From NCBI GenBank assembly GCA_053919585.1, contig CM132802.1: a stretch of DNA of 64,000 nucleotides; one strand, given 5' to 3'. Source of the stretch: Euprymna scolopes (taxonomy: Eukaryota). Within the stretch, counting starts at the first letter, position 1, and each line of letters begins with the position of its first letter. Under the pieces are notes generated by a model that was not told the origin of the DNA, searched no databases, and saw only the letters and a list, made by a program, of their open reading frames with translations. Shown here piece after piece: positions 30,001 to 43,738 of the stretch. A program made the translations under genes and the position numbers.

Positions 30001-33000
30001 TTTAAAGTTAAAAATTTGATTAAGTTCATCAGCAACCTACAGTTGAAAGTTAAAAATTTGATTAAGTTCATCAGCAACCTACAGTTGAAAGTTAAAAATT
30101 TGATTAAGTTCATTAACAACCTACAGTTGAAAGTTAAAAATTTGATTAAGTTCATTAGCAACCTACAGTTGAAAGTTAAAAATTTGATTAAGTTAATTAG
30201 CAACCTACAGTTGAAAGTTAAAAATTTGATTAAGTTCATTAACAACCTACAGTTGAAAGTTAAAAATTTGATTAAGTTCATTAGCAACCTACAGTTGGAA
30301 GTTAAAAATTTGATTAAGTTCATCAGCAACCTACAGTTGAAAGTTAAAAATTTGATTAAGTTCATTAGCAACCTACAGTTGAAAGTTAAAAATTTGATTA
30401 AGTTCATTAGCAACCTACAGTTGGAAGTTAAAAATTTTATTAAGTTCATTAGCAACCTCCAGTTGAAAGTTAAAAATTTGATTAAGTTCATCAGCAACCT
30501 ACAGTTGAAAGTTAAAAATTTGATTAAGTTCATCAGCAACCTACAGTTGAAAGTTAAAAATTTGATTAAGTTCATTAACAACCTACAGTTGAAAGTTAAA
30601 CATTTGATTAAGTTCATTAGCAACCTACAGTTGAAAGTTAAAAATTTGATTAAGTTAATTAGCAACCTACAGTTGAAAGTTAAAAATTTGATTAAGTTCA
30701 TTAACAACCTACAGTTGAAAGTTAAAAATTTGATTAAGTTCATTAGCAACCTACAGTTGGAAGTTAAAAATTTGATTAAGTTCATCAGCAACCTACAGTT
30801 GAAAGTTAAAAATTTGATTAAGTTCATTAGCAACCTACAGTTGAAAGTTAAAAATTTGATTAAGTTCATTAGCAACCTACAGTTGGAAGTTACAAATTTT
30901 ATTGAGTTCATTAGCAACCTACAGTTGAAAGTTAAAAATTTGATTAAGTTCATTAGCAACCTACAGTTGGAAGTTAAAAATTTGATTAAGTTCATCAGCA
31001 ACCTACAGTTGAAAGTTAAAAATTTGATTAAGTTCATCAGCAACCTACAGTTGAAAGTTAAAAATTTGATTAAGTTCATTAACAACCTACAGTTGAAAGT
31101 TAAAAATTTGATTAAGTTCATTAGCAACCTACAGTTGAAAGTTAAAAATTTGATTAAGTTCATTAGCAACCTACAGTTGAAAGTTAAAAATTTGATTAAG
31201 TTCATCAGCAACCTACAGTTGAAAGTTAAAAATTTGATTAAGTTCATTAACAACCTACAGTTGAAAGTTAAAAATTTGATTAAGTTCATCAGCAACCTAC
31301 AGTTGAAAGTTAAAAATTTGATTAAGTTCATTAGCAACCTACAGTTGAAAGTTAAAAATTTGATTAAGTTCATTAGCAACCTACAGTTGGAAGTTAAAAA
31401 TTTTATTAAGTTCATCAGCAACCTACAGTTGAAAGTTAAAAATTTGATTAAGTTCATTAGCAACCTACAGTTGGAAGTTAAAAATTTGATTAAGTTCATC
31501 AGCAACCTACAGTTGAAAGTTAAAAATTTGATTAAGTTCATTAGCAACCTACAGTTGAAAGTTAAAAATTTGATTAAGTTCATTAGCAACCTACAGTTGG
31601 AAGTTAAAAATTTGATTAAGTTCATCAGCAACCTACAGTTGAAAGTTAAAAATTTGATTAAGTTCATCAGCAACCTACAGTTGAAAGTTAAAAATTTGAT
31701 TAAGTTCATTAACAACCTACAGTTGAAAGTTAAAAATTTGATTAAGTTCATTAGCAACCTACAGTTGAAAGTTAAAAATTTGATTAAGTTCATTAGCAAC
31801 CTACAGTTGAAAGTTAAAAATTTGATTAAGTTCATCAGCAACCTACAGTTGAAAGTTAAAAATTTGATTAAGTTCATTAACAACCTACAGTTGAAAGTTA
31901 AAAATTTGATTAAGTTCATCAGCAACCTACAGTTGAAAGTTAAAAATTTGATTAAGTTCATCAGCAACCTACAGTTGAAAGTTAAAAATTTGATTAAGTT
32001 CATCAGCAACCTACAGTTGAAAGTTAAAAATTTGATTAAGTTCATTAGCACTCTACAGTTGAAAGTTAAAAATTTGATTAAGTTCATCAGCAACCTACAG
32101 TTGAAAGTTAAAAATTTGATTAAGTTCATCAGCAACCTACAGTTGAAAGTTAAAAATTTGATTAGTTCAGTAGCAACCTACAGTTGAAAGTTAAAAATTT
32201 GATTAAGTTCATCAGCAACCTACAGTTGAAAGTTAAAAATTTGATTAAGTTCATTAGCAACCTACAGTTGAAAGTTAAAAATTTGATTAAGTTCATCAGC
32301 AACCTACAGTTGAAAGTTAAAAATTTGATTAAGTTCATCAGCAACCTACAGTTGAAAGTTAAAAATTTGATTAAGTTCATTAGCAACCTACAGTTGAAAG
32401 TTAAAAATTTGATTAAGTTCATCAGCAACCTACAGTTGAAAGTTAAAAATTTGATTAAGTTCATTAGCAACCTACAGTTGAAAGTTAAAAATTTGATTAA
32501 GTTCATCAGCAACCTACAGTTGAAAGTTAAAAATTTGATTAAGTTCATTAGCAACCTACAGTTGAAAGTTAAAAATTTGATTAAATTCATCAGCAACCTA
32601 CAGTTGAAAGTTAAAAATTTGATTAAGTTCATCAGCAACCTACAGTTGAAAGTTAAAAATTTGATTAAGTTCATCAGCAACCTACAGTTGAAAGTTAAAA
32701 ATTTGATTAAGTTCATTAGCAACCTACAGTTGAAAGTTAAAAATTTGATTAAGTTCATCAGCAACCTACAGTTGAAAGTTAAAAATTTGATTAAGTTCAT
32801 AAGCAACCTACAGTTGAAAGTTAAAAATTTGATTAAGTTCATCAGCAACCTACAGTTGAAAGTTAAAAATTTGATTAAGTTCATCAGCAACCTACAGTTG
32901 AAAGTTAAAAATTTGATTAAGTTCATTAACAACCTACAGTTGAAAGTTAAAAATTTGATTAGTTCATTAGCAACCTACAGTTGAAAGTTTAAAATTTGAT

Positions 33001-36000
33001 TAAGTTCATCAGCAACCTACAGTTGAAAGTTAAAAATTTGATTAAGTTCATTAGCAACCTACAGTTGAAAGTTAAAAATTTGATTAAGTTCATCAGTAAC
33101 CTACAGTTGAAAGTTAAAAATTTGATTAAGTTCATTAGCAACCTACAGTTGAAATTAACAATTTGATTAAGTTCATTAGCAACCTACAGTTGAAAGTTAA
33201 AAATTTGATTTAGTTCATTAACAACCTACAGTTGAAAGTTAAAAATTTGATTAAGTTCATTAACAACCTACAGTTGAAAGTTAAAAATTTGATTAGTTCA
33301 TTAGCAACCTACAGTTGAAAGTTAAAAATTTGATTAAGTTCATCAGCAACCTACAGTTGAAAGTTAAAAATTTGATTAAGTTCATTAACAACCTACAGTT
33401 GAAAGTTAAAAATTTGATTAAGTTAATCAGCAACCTACAGTTGAAAGTTAAAAATTTGATTAAGTTCATCAGCAACCTACAGTTGAAAGTTAAAAATTTG
33501 ATTAAGTTCATTAACAACCTACAGTTGAAAGTTAAAAATTTGATTAAGTTTATTAGCAACCTACAGTTGAAAGTTAAAAATTTGATTAAGTTCATTAACA
33601 ACCTACAGTTGAAAGTTAAAAATTTGATTAAGTTCATTAGCAACCTACAGTTGAAAGTTAAAAATTTGATTAAGTTCATTAGCAACCTACAGTTGAAAGT
33701 TAAAAATTTGATTAAGTTCATCAGCAACCTACAGTTTAAAGTTAAAAATTTGATTAAGTTCATTAACAACCTACAGTTGAAAGTTAAAAATTTGATAAAG
33801 TTCATTAGCAACCTACAGTTGAAAGTTAAAAATTTGATTAAGTTCATTAACAACCTACAGTTGAAAGTTAAAAATTTGATTAAGTTCATTAGCAACCTAC
33901 AGTTGAAAGTTAAAAATTTGATTAAGTTCATCAGCAACCTACAGTTGAAAGTTAAAAATTTGATTAAGTTCATCAGCAACCTACAGTTGAAAGTTAAAAA
34001 TTTGATTAAGTTCATTAGCAACCTACAGTTTAAAGTTAAAAATTTGATTAAGTTCATCAGCAACCTACAGTTGAAAGTTAAAAATTTGATTAAGTTCATT
34101 AGCAACCTACAGTTGAAAGTTACAAATTTGATTAAGTTCATTAGCAACCTACAGTTGAAAGTTAAAAATTTGATTAAGTTCATTAGCAACCTACAGTTGA
34201 AAGTTAAAAATTTGATTAAGTTCATTAGCAACCTCAAGTTGAAAGTTAAAAATTTGATTAAGTTCATCAGCAACCTACAGTTGAAAGTTAAAAATTTGAT
34301 TAAGTTCATCAGCAACCTACAGTTGAAAGTTAAAAATTTGATTAAGTTCATTAACAACCTACAGTTGAAAGTTAAAAATTTGATTAAGTTCATTAGCAAC
34401 CTACAGTTGAAAGTTAAAAATTTGATTAAGTTAATTAGCAACCTACAGTTGAAAGTTAAAAATTTGATTAAGTTCATTAACAACCTACAGTTGAAAGTTA
34501 AAAATTTGATTAAGTTCATTAGCAACCTACAGTTGGAAGTTAAAAATTTGATTAAGTTCATCAGCAACCTACAGTTGAAAGTTAAAAATTTGATTAAGTT
34601 CATTAGCAACCTACAGTTGAAAGTTAAAAATTTGATTAAGTTCATTAGCAACCTACAGTTGGAAGTTAAAAATTTTATTAAGTTCATCAGCAACCTACAG
34701 TTGAAAGTTAAAAATTTGATTACGTTCATTAGCAACCTACAGTTGGAAGTTAAAAATTTGATTAAGTTCATCAGCAACCTACAGTTGAAAGTTAAAAATT
34801 TGATTAAGTTCATTAGCAACCTACAGTTGAAAGTCAAAAATTTTATTTAGTTCATTAGCAACCTACAGTTGGAAGTTAAAAATTTGATTAAGTTCATCAG
34901 CAACCTACAGTTGAAAGTTAAAAATTTGATTAAGTTCATCAGCAACCTACAGTTGAAAGTTAAAAATTTGATTAAGTTCATTAACAACCTACAGTTGAAA
35001 GTTAAAAATTTGATTAAGTTCATTAGCAACCTACAGTTGAAAGTTAAAAATTTGATTAAGTTCATTAGCAACCTACAGTTGAAAGTTAAAAATTTGATTA
35101 AGTTCATCAGCAACCTACAGTTGAAAGTTAAAAATTTGATTAAGTTCATTAACAACCTACAGTTGAAAGTTAAAAATTTGATTAAGTTCATTAGCAACCT
35201 ACAGTTGAAAGTTAAAAATTTGATTAAGTTCATCAGCAACCTACAGTTGAAAGTTAAAAATTTGATTAAGTTCATCAGCAACCTACAGTTGAAAGTTAAA
35301 AATTTGATTAAGTTCATCAGCAACCTACAGTTGAAAGTTAAAAATTGGATTAAGTTCATCAGCAACCTACAGTTGAAAGTTAAAAATTTGATTAAGTTCA
35401 TTAGCAACCTACAGTTGAAAGTTAAAAATTTGATTAGTTCATTAGCAACCTACAGTTGAAAGTTAAAAATTTGATTAAGTTCATTAGCAACCTACAGTTG
35501 AAAGTTAAAAATTTGATTAAGTTCATTAGCAACCTACAGTTGAAAGTTAAAAATTTGATTAAGTTCATTAGCAACCTACAGTTGGAAGTTAAGAATTTGA
35601 TTAGTTCATTAGCAACCTACAGTTGAAAGTTAAAAATTTGATTAAGTTCATTAGCAACCTACAGTTGAAAGTTAAAAATTTGATTAAGTTCATCAGCAAC
35701 CTACAGTTGAAAGTTAAAAATTTGATTAAGTTCATCAGCAACCTACAGTTGAAAGTTAAAAATTTTATTAAGTTCATCAGCAACCTACAGTTGAAAGTTA
35801 AAAATTTGATTAAGTTCATTAACAACCTACAGTTGAAAGTTAAAAATTTGATTAGTTCATTAGCAACCTACAGTTGAAAGTTAAAAATTTTATTAAGTTC
35901 ATCAGCAACCTACAGTTGAAAGTTAAAAATTTGATTAAGTTCATTAGCAACCTGCAGTTGAAAGTTAAAAATTTGATTAAGTTCATCAGCAACCTACAGT

Positions 36001-39000
36001 TGAAAGTTAAAAATTTGATTAAGTTCATTAGCAACCTACAGTTGAAAGTTAAAAATTTGATTAAGTTCATCAGCAACCTACAGTTGAAAGTTAAAAATTT
36101 GATTAAGTTCATCAGCAACCTACAGTTGAAAGTTAAAAATTTGATTAAGTTCATCAGCAACCTACAGTTGAAAGTTAAAAATTTGATTAAGTTCATCAGC
36201 AACCTACAGTTGAAAGTTAAAAATTTGATTAAGTTCATTAACAACCTACAGTTGAAAGTTAAAAATTTGATTAGTTCATTAGCAACCTACAGTTGAAAGT
36301 TAAAAATTTGATTAAGTTCATCAGCAACCTACAGTTGAAAGTTAAAAATTTTATTAAGTTCATTAGCAACCTACAGTTGAAAGTTAAAAATTTGATTAAG
36401 TTCATCAGTAACCTACAGTTGAAAGTTAAAAATTTGATTAAGTTCATTAGCAACCTACAGTTGAAAGTTAACAATTTGATTAAGTTCATTAGCAACCTAC
36501 AGTTGAAAGTTAAAAATTTGATTTAGTTCATTAACAACCTACACTTGAAAGTTAAAAATTTGATTAAGTTCATTAACAACCTACAGTTGAAAGTTAAAAA
36601 TTTGATTAGTTCATTAGCAACCTACAGTTGAAAGTTAAAAATTTGATTAAGTTCATCAGCAACCTACAGTTGAAAGTTAAAAATTTGATTAAGTTCATTA
36701 ACAACCTACAGTTGAAAGTTAAAAATTTGATTACGTTCATTAGCAACCTACAGTTGAAAGTTAAAAATTTGATTAAGTTCATTAGCAACCTACAGTTGGA
36801 AGTTAAAAATTTGATTAAGTTCATCAGCAACCTACAGTTGAAAGTTAAAAATTTGATTAAGTTCATTAGCAACCTACAGTTGAAAGTTAAAAATTTGATT
36901 AAGTTCATTAGCAACCTACAGTTGGAAGTTAAAAATTTGATTAAGTTCATCAGCAACCTACAGTTGAAAGTTAAAAATTTGATTAAGTTCATTAGCAACC
37001 TACAGTTGGAAGTTAAAAATTTTATTAAGTTCATCAGCAACCTACAGTTGAAAGTTAAAAATTTGATTAGTTCATTAGCAACCTACAGTTGAAAGTTAAA
37101 AATTTGATTAAGTTCATTAGCAACCTACAGTTGAAAGTTAAAAATTTGATTAAGTTCATTAGCAACCTACAGTTGAAAGTTAAAAATTTGATTAAGTTCA
37201 TCAGCAACCTACAGTTGAAAGTTAAAAATTTGATTAAGTTCATCAGCAACCTACAGTTGAAAGTTAAAAATTTGATTAAGTTCATTAACAACCTACAGTT
37301 GAAAGTTAAAAATTTGATTAGTTCATTAGCAACCTACAGTTGAAAGTTAAAAATTTGATTAAGTTCATTAGCAACCTACAGTTGAAAGTTAAAAATTTGA
37401 TTAAGTTCATCAGCAACCTACAGTTGAAAGTTAAAAATTTGATTAAGTTCATCAGCAACCTACAGTTGAAAGTTAAAAATTTTATTAAGTTCATCAGCAA
37501 CCTACAGTTGAAAGTTAAAAATTTGATTAAGTTCATTAACAACCTACAGTTGAAAGTTAAAAATTTGATTAAGTTCATCAGCAACCTACAGTTGAAAGTT
37601 AAAAATTTGATTAAGTTCATTAGCAACCTACAGTTGAAAGTTAAAAATTTGATTAAGTTCATCAGCAACCTACAGTTGAAAGTTAAAAATTTGATTAAGT
37701 TCATCAGCAACCTACAGTTGAAAGTTAAAAATTTGATTAAGTTCATCAGCAACCTACAGTTGAAAGTTAAAAATTTGATTAAGTTCATTAACAACCTACA
37801 GTTGAAAGTTAAAAATTTGATTAAGTTCATTAGCAACCTACAGTTGAAAGTTAAAAATTTTATTAAGTTCATTAGCAACCTACAGTTGAAAGTTAAAAAT
37901 TTGATTAAGTTCATTAACAACCTACAGTTGAAAGTTAAAAATTTGATTAAGTTCATTAGCAACCTACAGTTGAAAGTTAAAAATTTGATTAAGTTCATTA
38001 GCAACCTTCAGTTGAAAGTTAAAAATTTGATTAAGTTCATTAGCAACCTACAGTTGAAAGTTAAAAATTTGATTAAGTTCATTAACAACCTACAGTTGAA
38101 AGTTAAAAATTTGATTAAGTTCATTAGCAACCTACAGTTGAAAGTTAAAAAATTGATTAAGTTCATTAGCAACCTACAGTTGAAAGTTAAAAATTTGATT
38201 AAGTTCATTAGCAACCTACATTTGAAAGTTAAAAATTTGATTAAGTTCATTAACAACCTACAGTTGAAAGTTAAAAATTTGATTAAGTTCATTAGCAACC
38301 TACAGTTGAAAGTTAAAAATTTTATTAAGTTCATTAACAACCTACAGTTGAAAGTTAAAAATTTGATTTAGTTCATTAGCAACCTACAGTTGAAAGTTAA
38401 AAATTTGATTTAGTTCATTAGCAACCTACAGTTGGAAGTTAAAAATTTGATAAGTTCATCAGCAACCTACAGTTGAAAGTTAAAAATTTGATTAAGTTCA
38501 TTAGCAACCTACAGTTGAAAGTTAAAAATTTGATTAAGTTCATTAACAACCTACAGTTGAAAGTTAAAAATTTGATTAAGTTCATTAGCAACCTACAGTT
38601 GAAAGTTAAAAATTTGATTAAGTTCATTAACAACCTACAGTTGAAAGTTTAAAATTTGATTTAGTTCATTAGCAACCTACAGTTGAAAGTTAAAAATTTG
38701 ATTTAGTTCATTAGCAACCTACAGTTGAAAGTTAAAAATTTGATTTAGTTCATTAGAAACCTACAGTTGGAAGTTAAAAATTTGATTAAGTTCATTAGCA
38801 ACCTACAGTTGGAAGTTAAAAATTTGATTAAGTTCATTAGCAACCTACAGTTGAAAGTTAAAAATTTGATTTAGTTCATTAGCAACCTACAGTTGGAAGT
38901 TAAAAATTTGATTAAGTTCATTAACAACCTACAGTTGAAAGTTAAAAATTTGATTAAGTTCATTAGCAACCTACAGTTGAAAGTTAAAAATTTGATTAAG

Positions 39001-40752
39001 TTCATTAGCAACCTACAGTTGGAAGTTAAAAATTTGATTAAGTTCATTAGCAACCTACAGTTGGAAGTTAAAAATTTGATTAAGTTCATTAGCAACCTAC
39101 AGTTGGAAGTTAAAAATTTGATTAAGTTCATTAGCAACCTACAGTTGGAAGTTAAAAATTTGATTTAGTTCATTAGCAACCTACAGTTGGAAGTTAAAAA
39201 TTTGATTAAGTTCATTAGCAACCTACAGTTGGAAGGTAAAAATTTGATTAAGTTCATTAGCAACCTACAGTTGAAAGTTAAAAATTTGATTTAGTTCATT
39301 AGCAACCTACAGTTGGAAGTTAAAAATTTGATTAAGTTCATTAGCAACCTACAGTTGAAAGTTTAAAATTTGATTTAGTTCATTAGCAACCTACAGTTGA
39401 AAGTTAAAAATTTGATAAGTTCATCAGCAACCTACAGTTGAAAGTTAAAAATTTGATTAAGTTCATTAGCAACCTACAGTTGAAAGTTAAAAATTTGATT
39501 AAGTTCATTAGCAACCTACAGTTGAAAGTTAAAAATTTGATTTAGTTCATTAGCAACCTACAGTTGAAAGTTAAAAATTTGATTAAGTTCATTAGCAACC
39601 TACAGTTGAAAGTTAAAAATTTGATTTAGTTCATTAGCAACCTACAGTTGAAAGTTAAAAATTTGATTAAGTTCATTAACAACCTACAGTTGAAAGTTAA
39701 AAATTTTATTTAGTTCATTAACAACCTACAGTTGGAAGTTAAAAATTTGATTTAGTTCATTAACAACCTACAGTTGAAAGTTAAAAATTTGATTTAGTTC
39801 ATTAGCAACCTACAGTTGAAAGTTAAAAATTTGATTTAGTTCATTAACAACCTACAGTTGAAAGTTAAAAATTTGATTTAGTTCATTAGCAACCTACAGT
39901 TGAAAGTTAAAAATTTGATTAGTTCATTAGCAACCTACAGTTGAAAGTTAAAAATTTGATTAGTTCATTAGCAACCTACAGTTGAAAGTTAAAAATTTGA
40001 TTTAGTTCATTAGCAACCTACAGTTGAAAGTTAAAAATTTGATTTAGTTCATTAGCAACCTACAGTTGAAAGTTAAAAATTTGATTAAGTTCATTAACAA
40101 CCTACAGTTGAAAGTTAAAAATTTGATAAGTTCATTAGCAACCTACAGTTGAAAGTTAAAAATTTGATTAAGTTCATTAACAACCTACAGTTGAAAGTTA
40201 AAAATTTGATAAGTTCATTAGCAACCTACAGTTGAAAGTTAAAAATTTGATTAAGTTCATTAACAACCTACAGTTGAAAGTTAAAAATTTGATTTAGTTC
40301 ATTAACAACCTACAGTTGGAAGTTAAAAATTTGATTTAGTTCATTAACAACCTACAGTTGAAAGTTAAAAATTTGATTTAGTTCATTAGCAACCTACAGT
40401 TGAAAGTTAAAAATTTGATTTAGTTCATTAACAACCTACAGTTGAAAGTTAAAAATTTGATTTAGTTCATTAGCAACCTACAGTTGAAAGTTAAAAATTT
40501 GATAAGTTCATTAGCAACCTACAGTTGAAAGTTAAAAATTTGATTTAGTTCATTAGCAACCTACAGTTGAAAGTTAAAAATTTGATTTAGTTCATTAGCA
40601 ACCTACAGTTGAAAGTTAAAAATTTGATTAAGTTCATTAGCAACCTACAGTTGAAAGTTAAAAATTTGATTTAGTTCATTAGCAACCTACAGTTGAAAGT
40701 TAAAAATTTGATTTAGTTCATTAGCAACCTACAGTTGGAAGTTAAAAATTTG
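1..40752 (+). repeat. 42-bp tandem satellite array, about 970 monomers, continuing off the left edge
   Basis: Uninterrupted head-to-tail repeats of AAGTTCATYAGCAACCTACAGTTGAAAGTTAAAAATTTGATT with point variants and occasional 41-bp monomers. It ends abruptly at ...gttaaaaatttg|ggaggtat. Confidence 0.99.
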
Positions 40753-40845
40753 GGAGGTATTTCTCCTAGATCCTGTACATATAAATAAAGGATACGTCCA
40801 TAGATGAAGATGTATGTAGAATCAAACAGCGAAATTGTTTGAAGC

Positions 40846-41620
40846 TTTTTTTTACTTGGGAGTCACCACTTATCAAGGCCCGAAGGTCACGCAAGGATAA
40901 GGATTAATAAATATAAGGTGATACTGTAATAATCAATAATGGTGTAAATTGGGTAGAATTTGATTATTTATGGGGACAGCTCAACAAGAATTTGTTTACA
41001 TTGGATTTGAAGGCCACCATGTTGTATTCAATCGGGAAGCAGATCAGTGGAACAGTGTTCTAGGCGGGTAGCTCTGAGAAAGTAGATTTAGGCACAGATA
41101 GATAATGGGGGAAATCATATATAGTTGTTGTAGTTAGTCGAGTGTTTTTTTGTGAAAGTTTGGCAAAGAGAAACCATAGTCCAGTCGAGCACTTGCCATG
41201 AAAATAACAATAGAGTAGAGATAGGCTCGCAATGTCTCTTCTGTGGGAAAGAGGTTGCTGAGCAGAGAAAAGGGCATGACCAACAAGGTTTTGAAGCCGG
41301 TTTTGAACTGAAATCAAGACAGAATAGGGGGCGCTGAGCAGCTTCTGTCCGGGTGTGGCAACAGTACTTTATTTTAGGACGTACCCAGCTCTTATGCAGA
41401 TAGAAGACTGCATCTGCAGTGAGATACCTACTGGAGCAGTAAGGTGATCCAACCACTTTTCCAGCGATCTCGACAACAGATTTAATGTATGTTTATTTGT
41501 TTTAATTTTGTTTTTGATTTTTGTTTTTTTTCTCAGATTATGAGTGAAAATCAGTCCCTCGAGTAAAATCCGCAGGCTGGGAATATTCAAGTCGTATAGA
41601 TGTATAGTTCTTGGTTGAAA
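40846..41620 (-). mobile_element. Decayed 3' fragment of a CR1/L2-like non-LTR retrotransposon
   Basis: Frameshifted RT C-terminal motifs (VRPKIKYCCH; QPLSHRRDIASLSLLY..FHGKCS). The 3' end ccttcgggccttgataagtggtga..polyA matches the copies near 49430 and 51110. Confidence 0.85.
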
Positions 41621-41682
41621 GTCTTGAAGTTTACAAAGTTTGAAAAGAATTTAATAAATTTAGTTTTATACACACACAAATA

Positions 41683-42191
41683 TACAGGGTGGGGTAAAAG
41701 TCACTGAGCATTTTAATTTTAAATAATGTTTTTTTTATTTTAATGCGTATGAAATTATAGTATCATAAAATAAATGCGAAAAACTTTATTTTACCATAGT
41801 AAGCTTGAGAAACTTGTATTGTTAAATATTAAATATGACATCCTGTAAATGCCTTTCATTTTCTGTTTCACTAATTTGAGCTCTTTTGATTACCTCTGCA
41901 AAGTTTCGGGTCTTATTTCTCTCATTCCTCTAGTGTCGCTTCTCTTAAGCTCTATTAAAGATTAAGATATCCCCACAATAGGTGCATCTCTCAGATTGAA
42001 ATGTCTTCGACGGGCTCTTTGGGCTCGAATTATTGAGCTTTGATTTTGAGAGTAAAATTGTTCAATTTTTGTACGTTGGACGATACTGAATTTTTCCACA
42101 TTCAATTATCAGAACTGAAAAAATAATTAAAAAAATATTAAGAAATTGAAAAATACTTAGAAATAAAAGAGTTATTTAAAATTAAAATGGG
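41683..42191. mobile_element. Tc1/mariner-type MITE, right end lost in an N gap
   Basis: Starts TA-TACAGGGTGGGG, a mariner-like TIR. The 18-mer CATTTTAATTTTAAATAA at 41709-41726 recurs inverted at 42172-42189, just before the gap. Confidence 0.6.
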
Positions 42192-42324
42192 NNNNNNNNN
42201 NNNNNNNNNNNNNNNNNNNNNNNNNNNNNNNNNNNNNNNNNNNNNNNNNNNNNNNNNNNNNNNNNNNNNNNNNNNNNNNNNNNNNNNNNNNNNNNNNNNN
42301 NNNNNNNNNNNNNNNNNNNNNNNN

Positions 42325-42653
42325 CGATTAAGCTACACTGAATATTCTGCGTTTCATCCACTATAGGATTCGTCAGGCTTATGCGCGAATTCTGTGGTTG
42401 CTTCTTGTTTTTATATATGTTGAGGATTTCTAGTTAGCCAATCAGCTTTCTAGTATCCACCGCGCCCTTTCTATCAGCCAATGGGCATGCATTTTATCGA
42501 ACAAAGGATCTGTTTTAGAACTAAGTTAGTGGTTTAAGGTAGATCTTTTCCTTCCTTTTTTTTAACGTATTGAGCACTTTTGAAGTAAATACTTAAAGTT
42601 TACGCATAAATATATAATTTCGTATATTAAATTTATGTGAGTAAATGAAGTAG

Positions 42654-42654
<1 letters not shown>
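42325..42654. mobile_element. Penelope-like terminal (pLTR) fragments, family A: hammerhead-bearing segment (-) joined to the 3' tail (+) that ends at (TA)n
   Basis: 42325-42560 is the reverse complement of about 55660-55897. 42565-42654 is the shared tail ending AATGAAGTAGT followed by (TA)n. Confidence 0.7.
42329..42381 (-). ncRNA. Type I hammerhead ribozyme, family A, intact
   Basis: Minus strand reads TAAGC-CTGACGA-ATCC-tatagt-GGAT-GAAA-CGC-agaatattca-GTG-TA^GCTTA. It has the full CUGANGA/GAAA/UH core and stems I, II and III all pair. Confidence 0.88.
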
Positions 42655-42710
<56 letters not shown>

Positions 42711-42713
<3 letters not shown>

Positions 42714-42862
42714 AGTTATAAAATGCATATGGCGATTAAGCTACACTGAATATCCCGCGTTTCATCCACTCTAGGTCTCTTCAGGCTTATGTGAAGAATC
42801 CTAGAGTCGATGAAACGCGGAATATTCAGTGTAGCTTAATCGCCATATACATTTTATAACTT

Positions 42863-42864
<2 letters not shown>
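42711..42864. mobile_element. Fold-back pair of family A hammerhead segments between two microsatellite tracts
   Basis: Minus-strand motif at 42737-42789 (stem II imperfect) faces a plus-strand copy from 42792 that begins at TGAAGA and lacks the 5' strand of stem I. Flanked by (TA)n and (TC)n(TA)n. Confidence 0.8.
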
Positions 42865-42953
<89 letters not shown>

Positions 42954-42999
42954 CGTTTTATTTTTTATTACCGTATCTTTCTGTTAAGTTAAATTATTG

Positions 43000-43091
43000 T
43001 TACGTATTGAGCACTTTTGAAGTAAATACCTAAAGTTTACGCATAAATCTATACTTTCGTATATTAATTTTATGTGAGTAAATTAAGTAGT
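43000..43091 (+). mobile_element. Family A 3' tail fragment ending at (TA)n
   Basis: acgtattgagcacttttgaagtaaatac...aagtagt-tatata, similar to 42565-42654 and 50016-50105. Confidence 0.75.
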
Positions 43092-43672
43092 TATATATAT
43101 ATATATGTGTGTGTGTGTGCGTGTGTGTGTGTGTGCGTGTTCTAAAACTACATCATCAACTTTATATTTGATATCGATCTAATAAAATAGGTTCTATTTT
43201 ATTTATAACTCAAGTACAGTTATTTTCACATGTTATAGGCGTTAGGTGGAATAGATTCTGACCCAAAGAAAAGCAACTCTTCCCTCTTTGTCAGAAATAT
43301 CGCTCTTTGAATTACTGTTGCAGCTGTAGTTCTTCGGAAACTCTCAGTGTTAAAGTATAGAACGTAAATTATTGAATTTATTTTAGATTCCCGACCAATA
43401 CTCCCCATTCAACGGAATATTATTATATTTTTACAAAACTGAAACGGTGTTTAACGGGTTTTATATGTGCGTAAATAGAAGTTACAAATTTTGATAAAAA
43501 GACGTGCAAACTGCTGAGGATGGAGTTTAACCCCGAAATATATTAAAATTATAAATTTCAAAGAAGTAAAATATTTGTTTATTTTCATAATATTGTGTTG
43601 TGATTTGGCTTTCAAGTGCATCTGATGCGAATTTTATTTTATTTAAGTTAAATCAAATTCTGTATAACAGAA

Positions 43673-43724
<52 letters not shown>

Positions 43725-43738
<14 letters not shown>

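Noticed and set aside
22-39168. Long ORFs on both strands encoding (LKVKNLIKFISNLQ)n and (LLMNLIKFLTFNCR)n
   Set aside because: A 42-bp monomer is 14 codons and happens to be stop-free in one frame per strand. Frameshifts and stops occur freely, plus-strand starts are TTG, and there is no unique N- or C-terminal domain.
1-40752. CRISPR array
   Set aside because: There are no unique spacers and no cas genes, and the context is eukaryotic.
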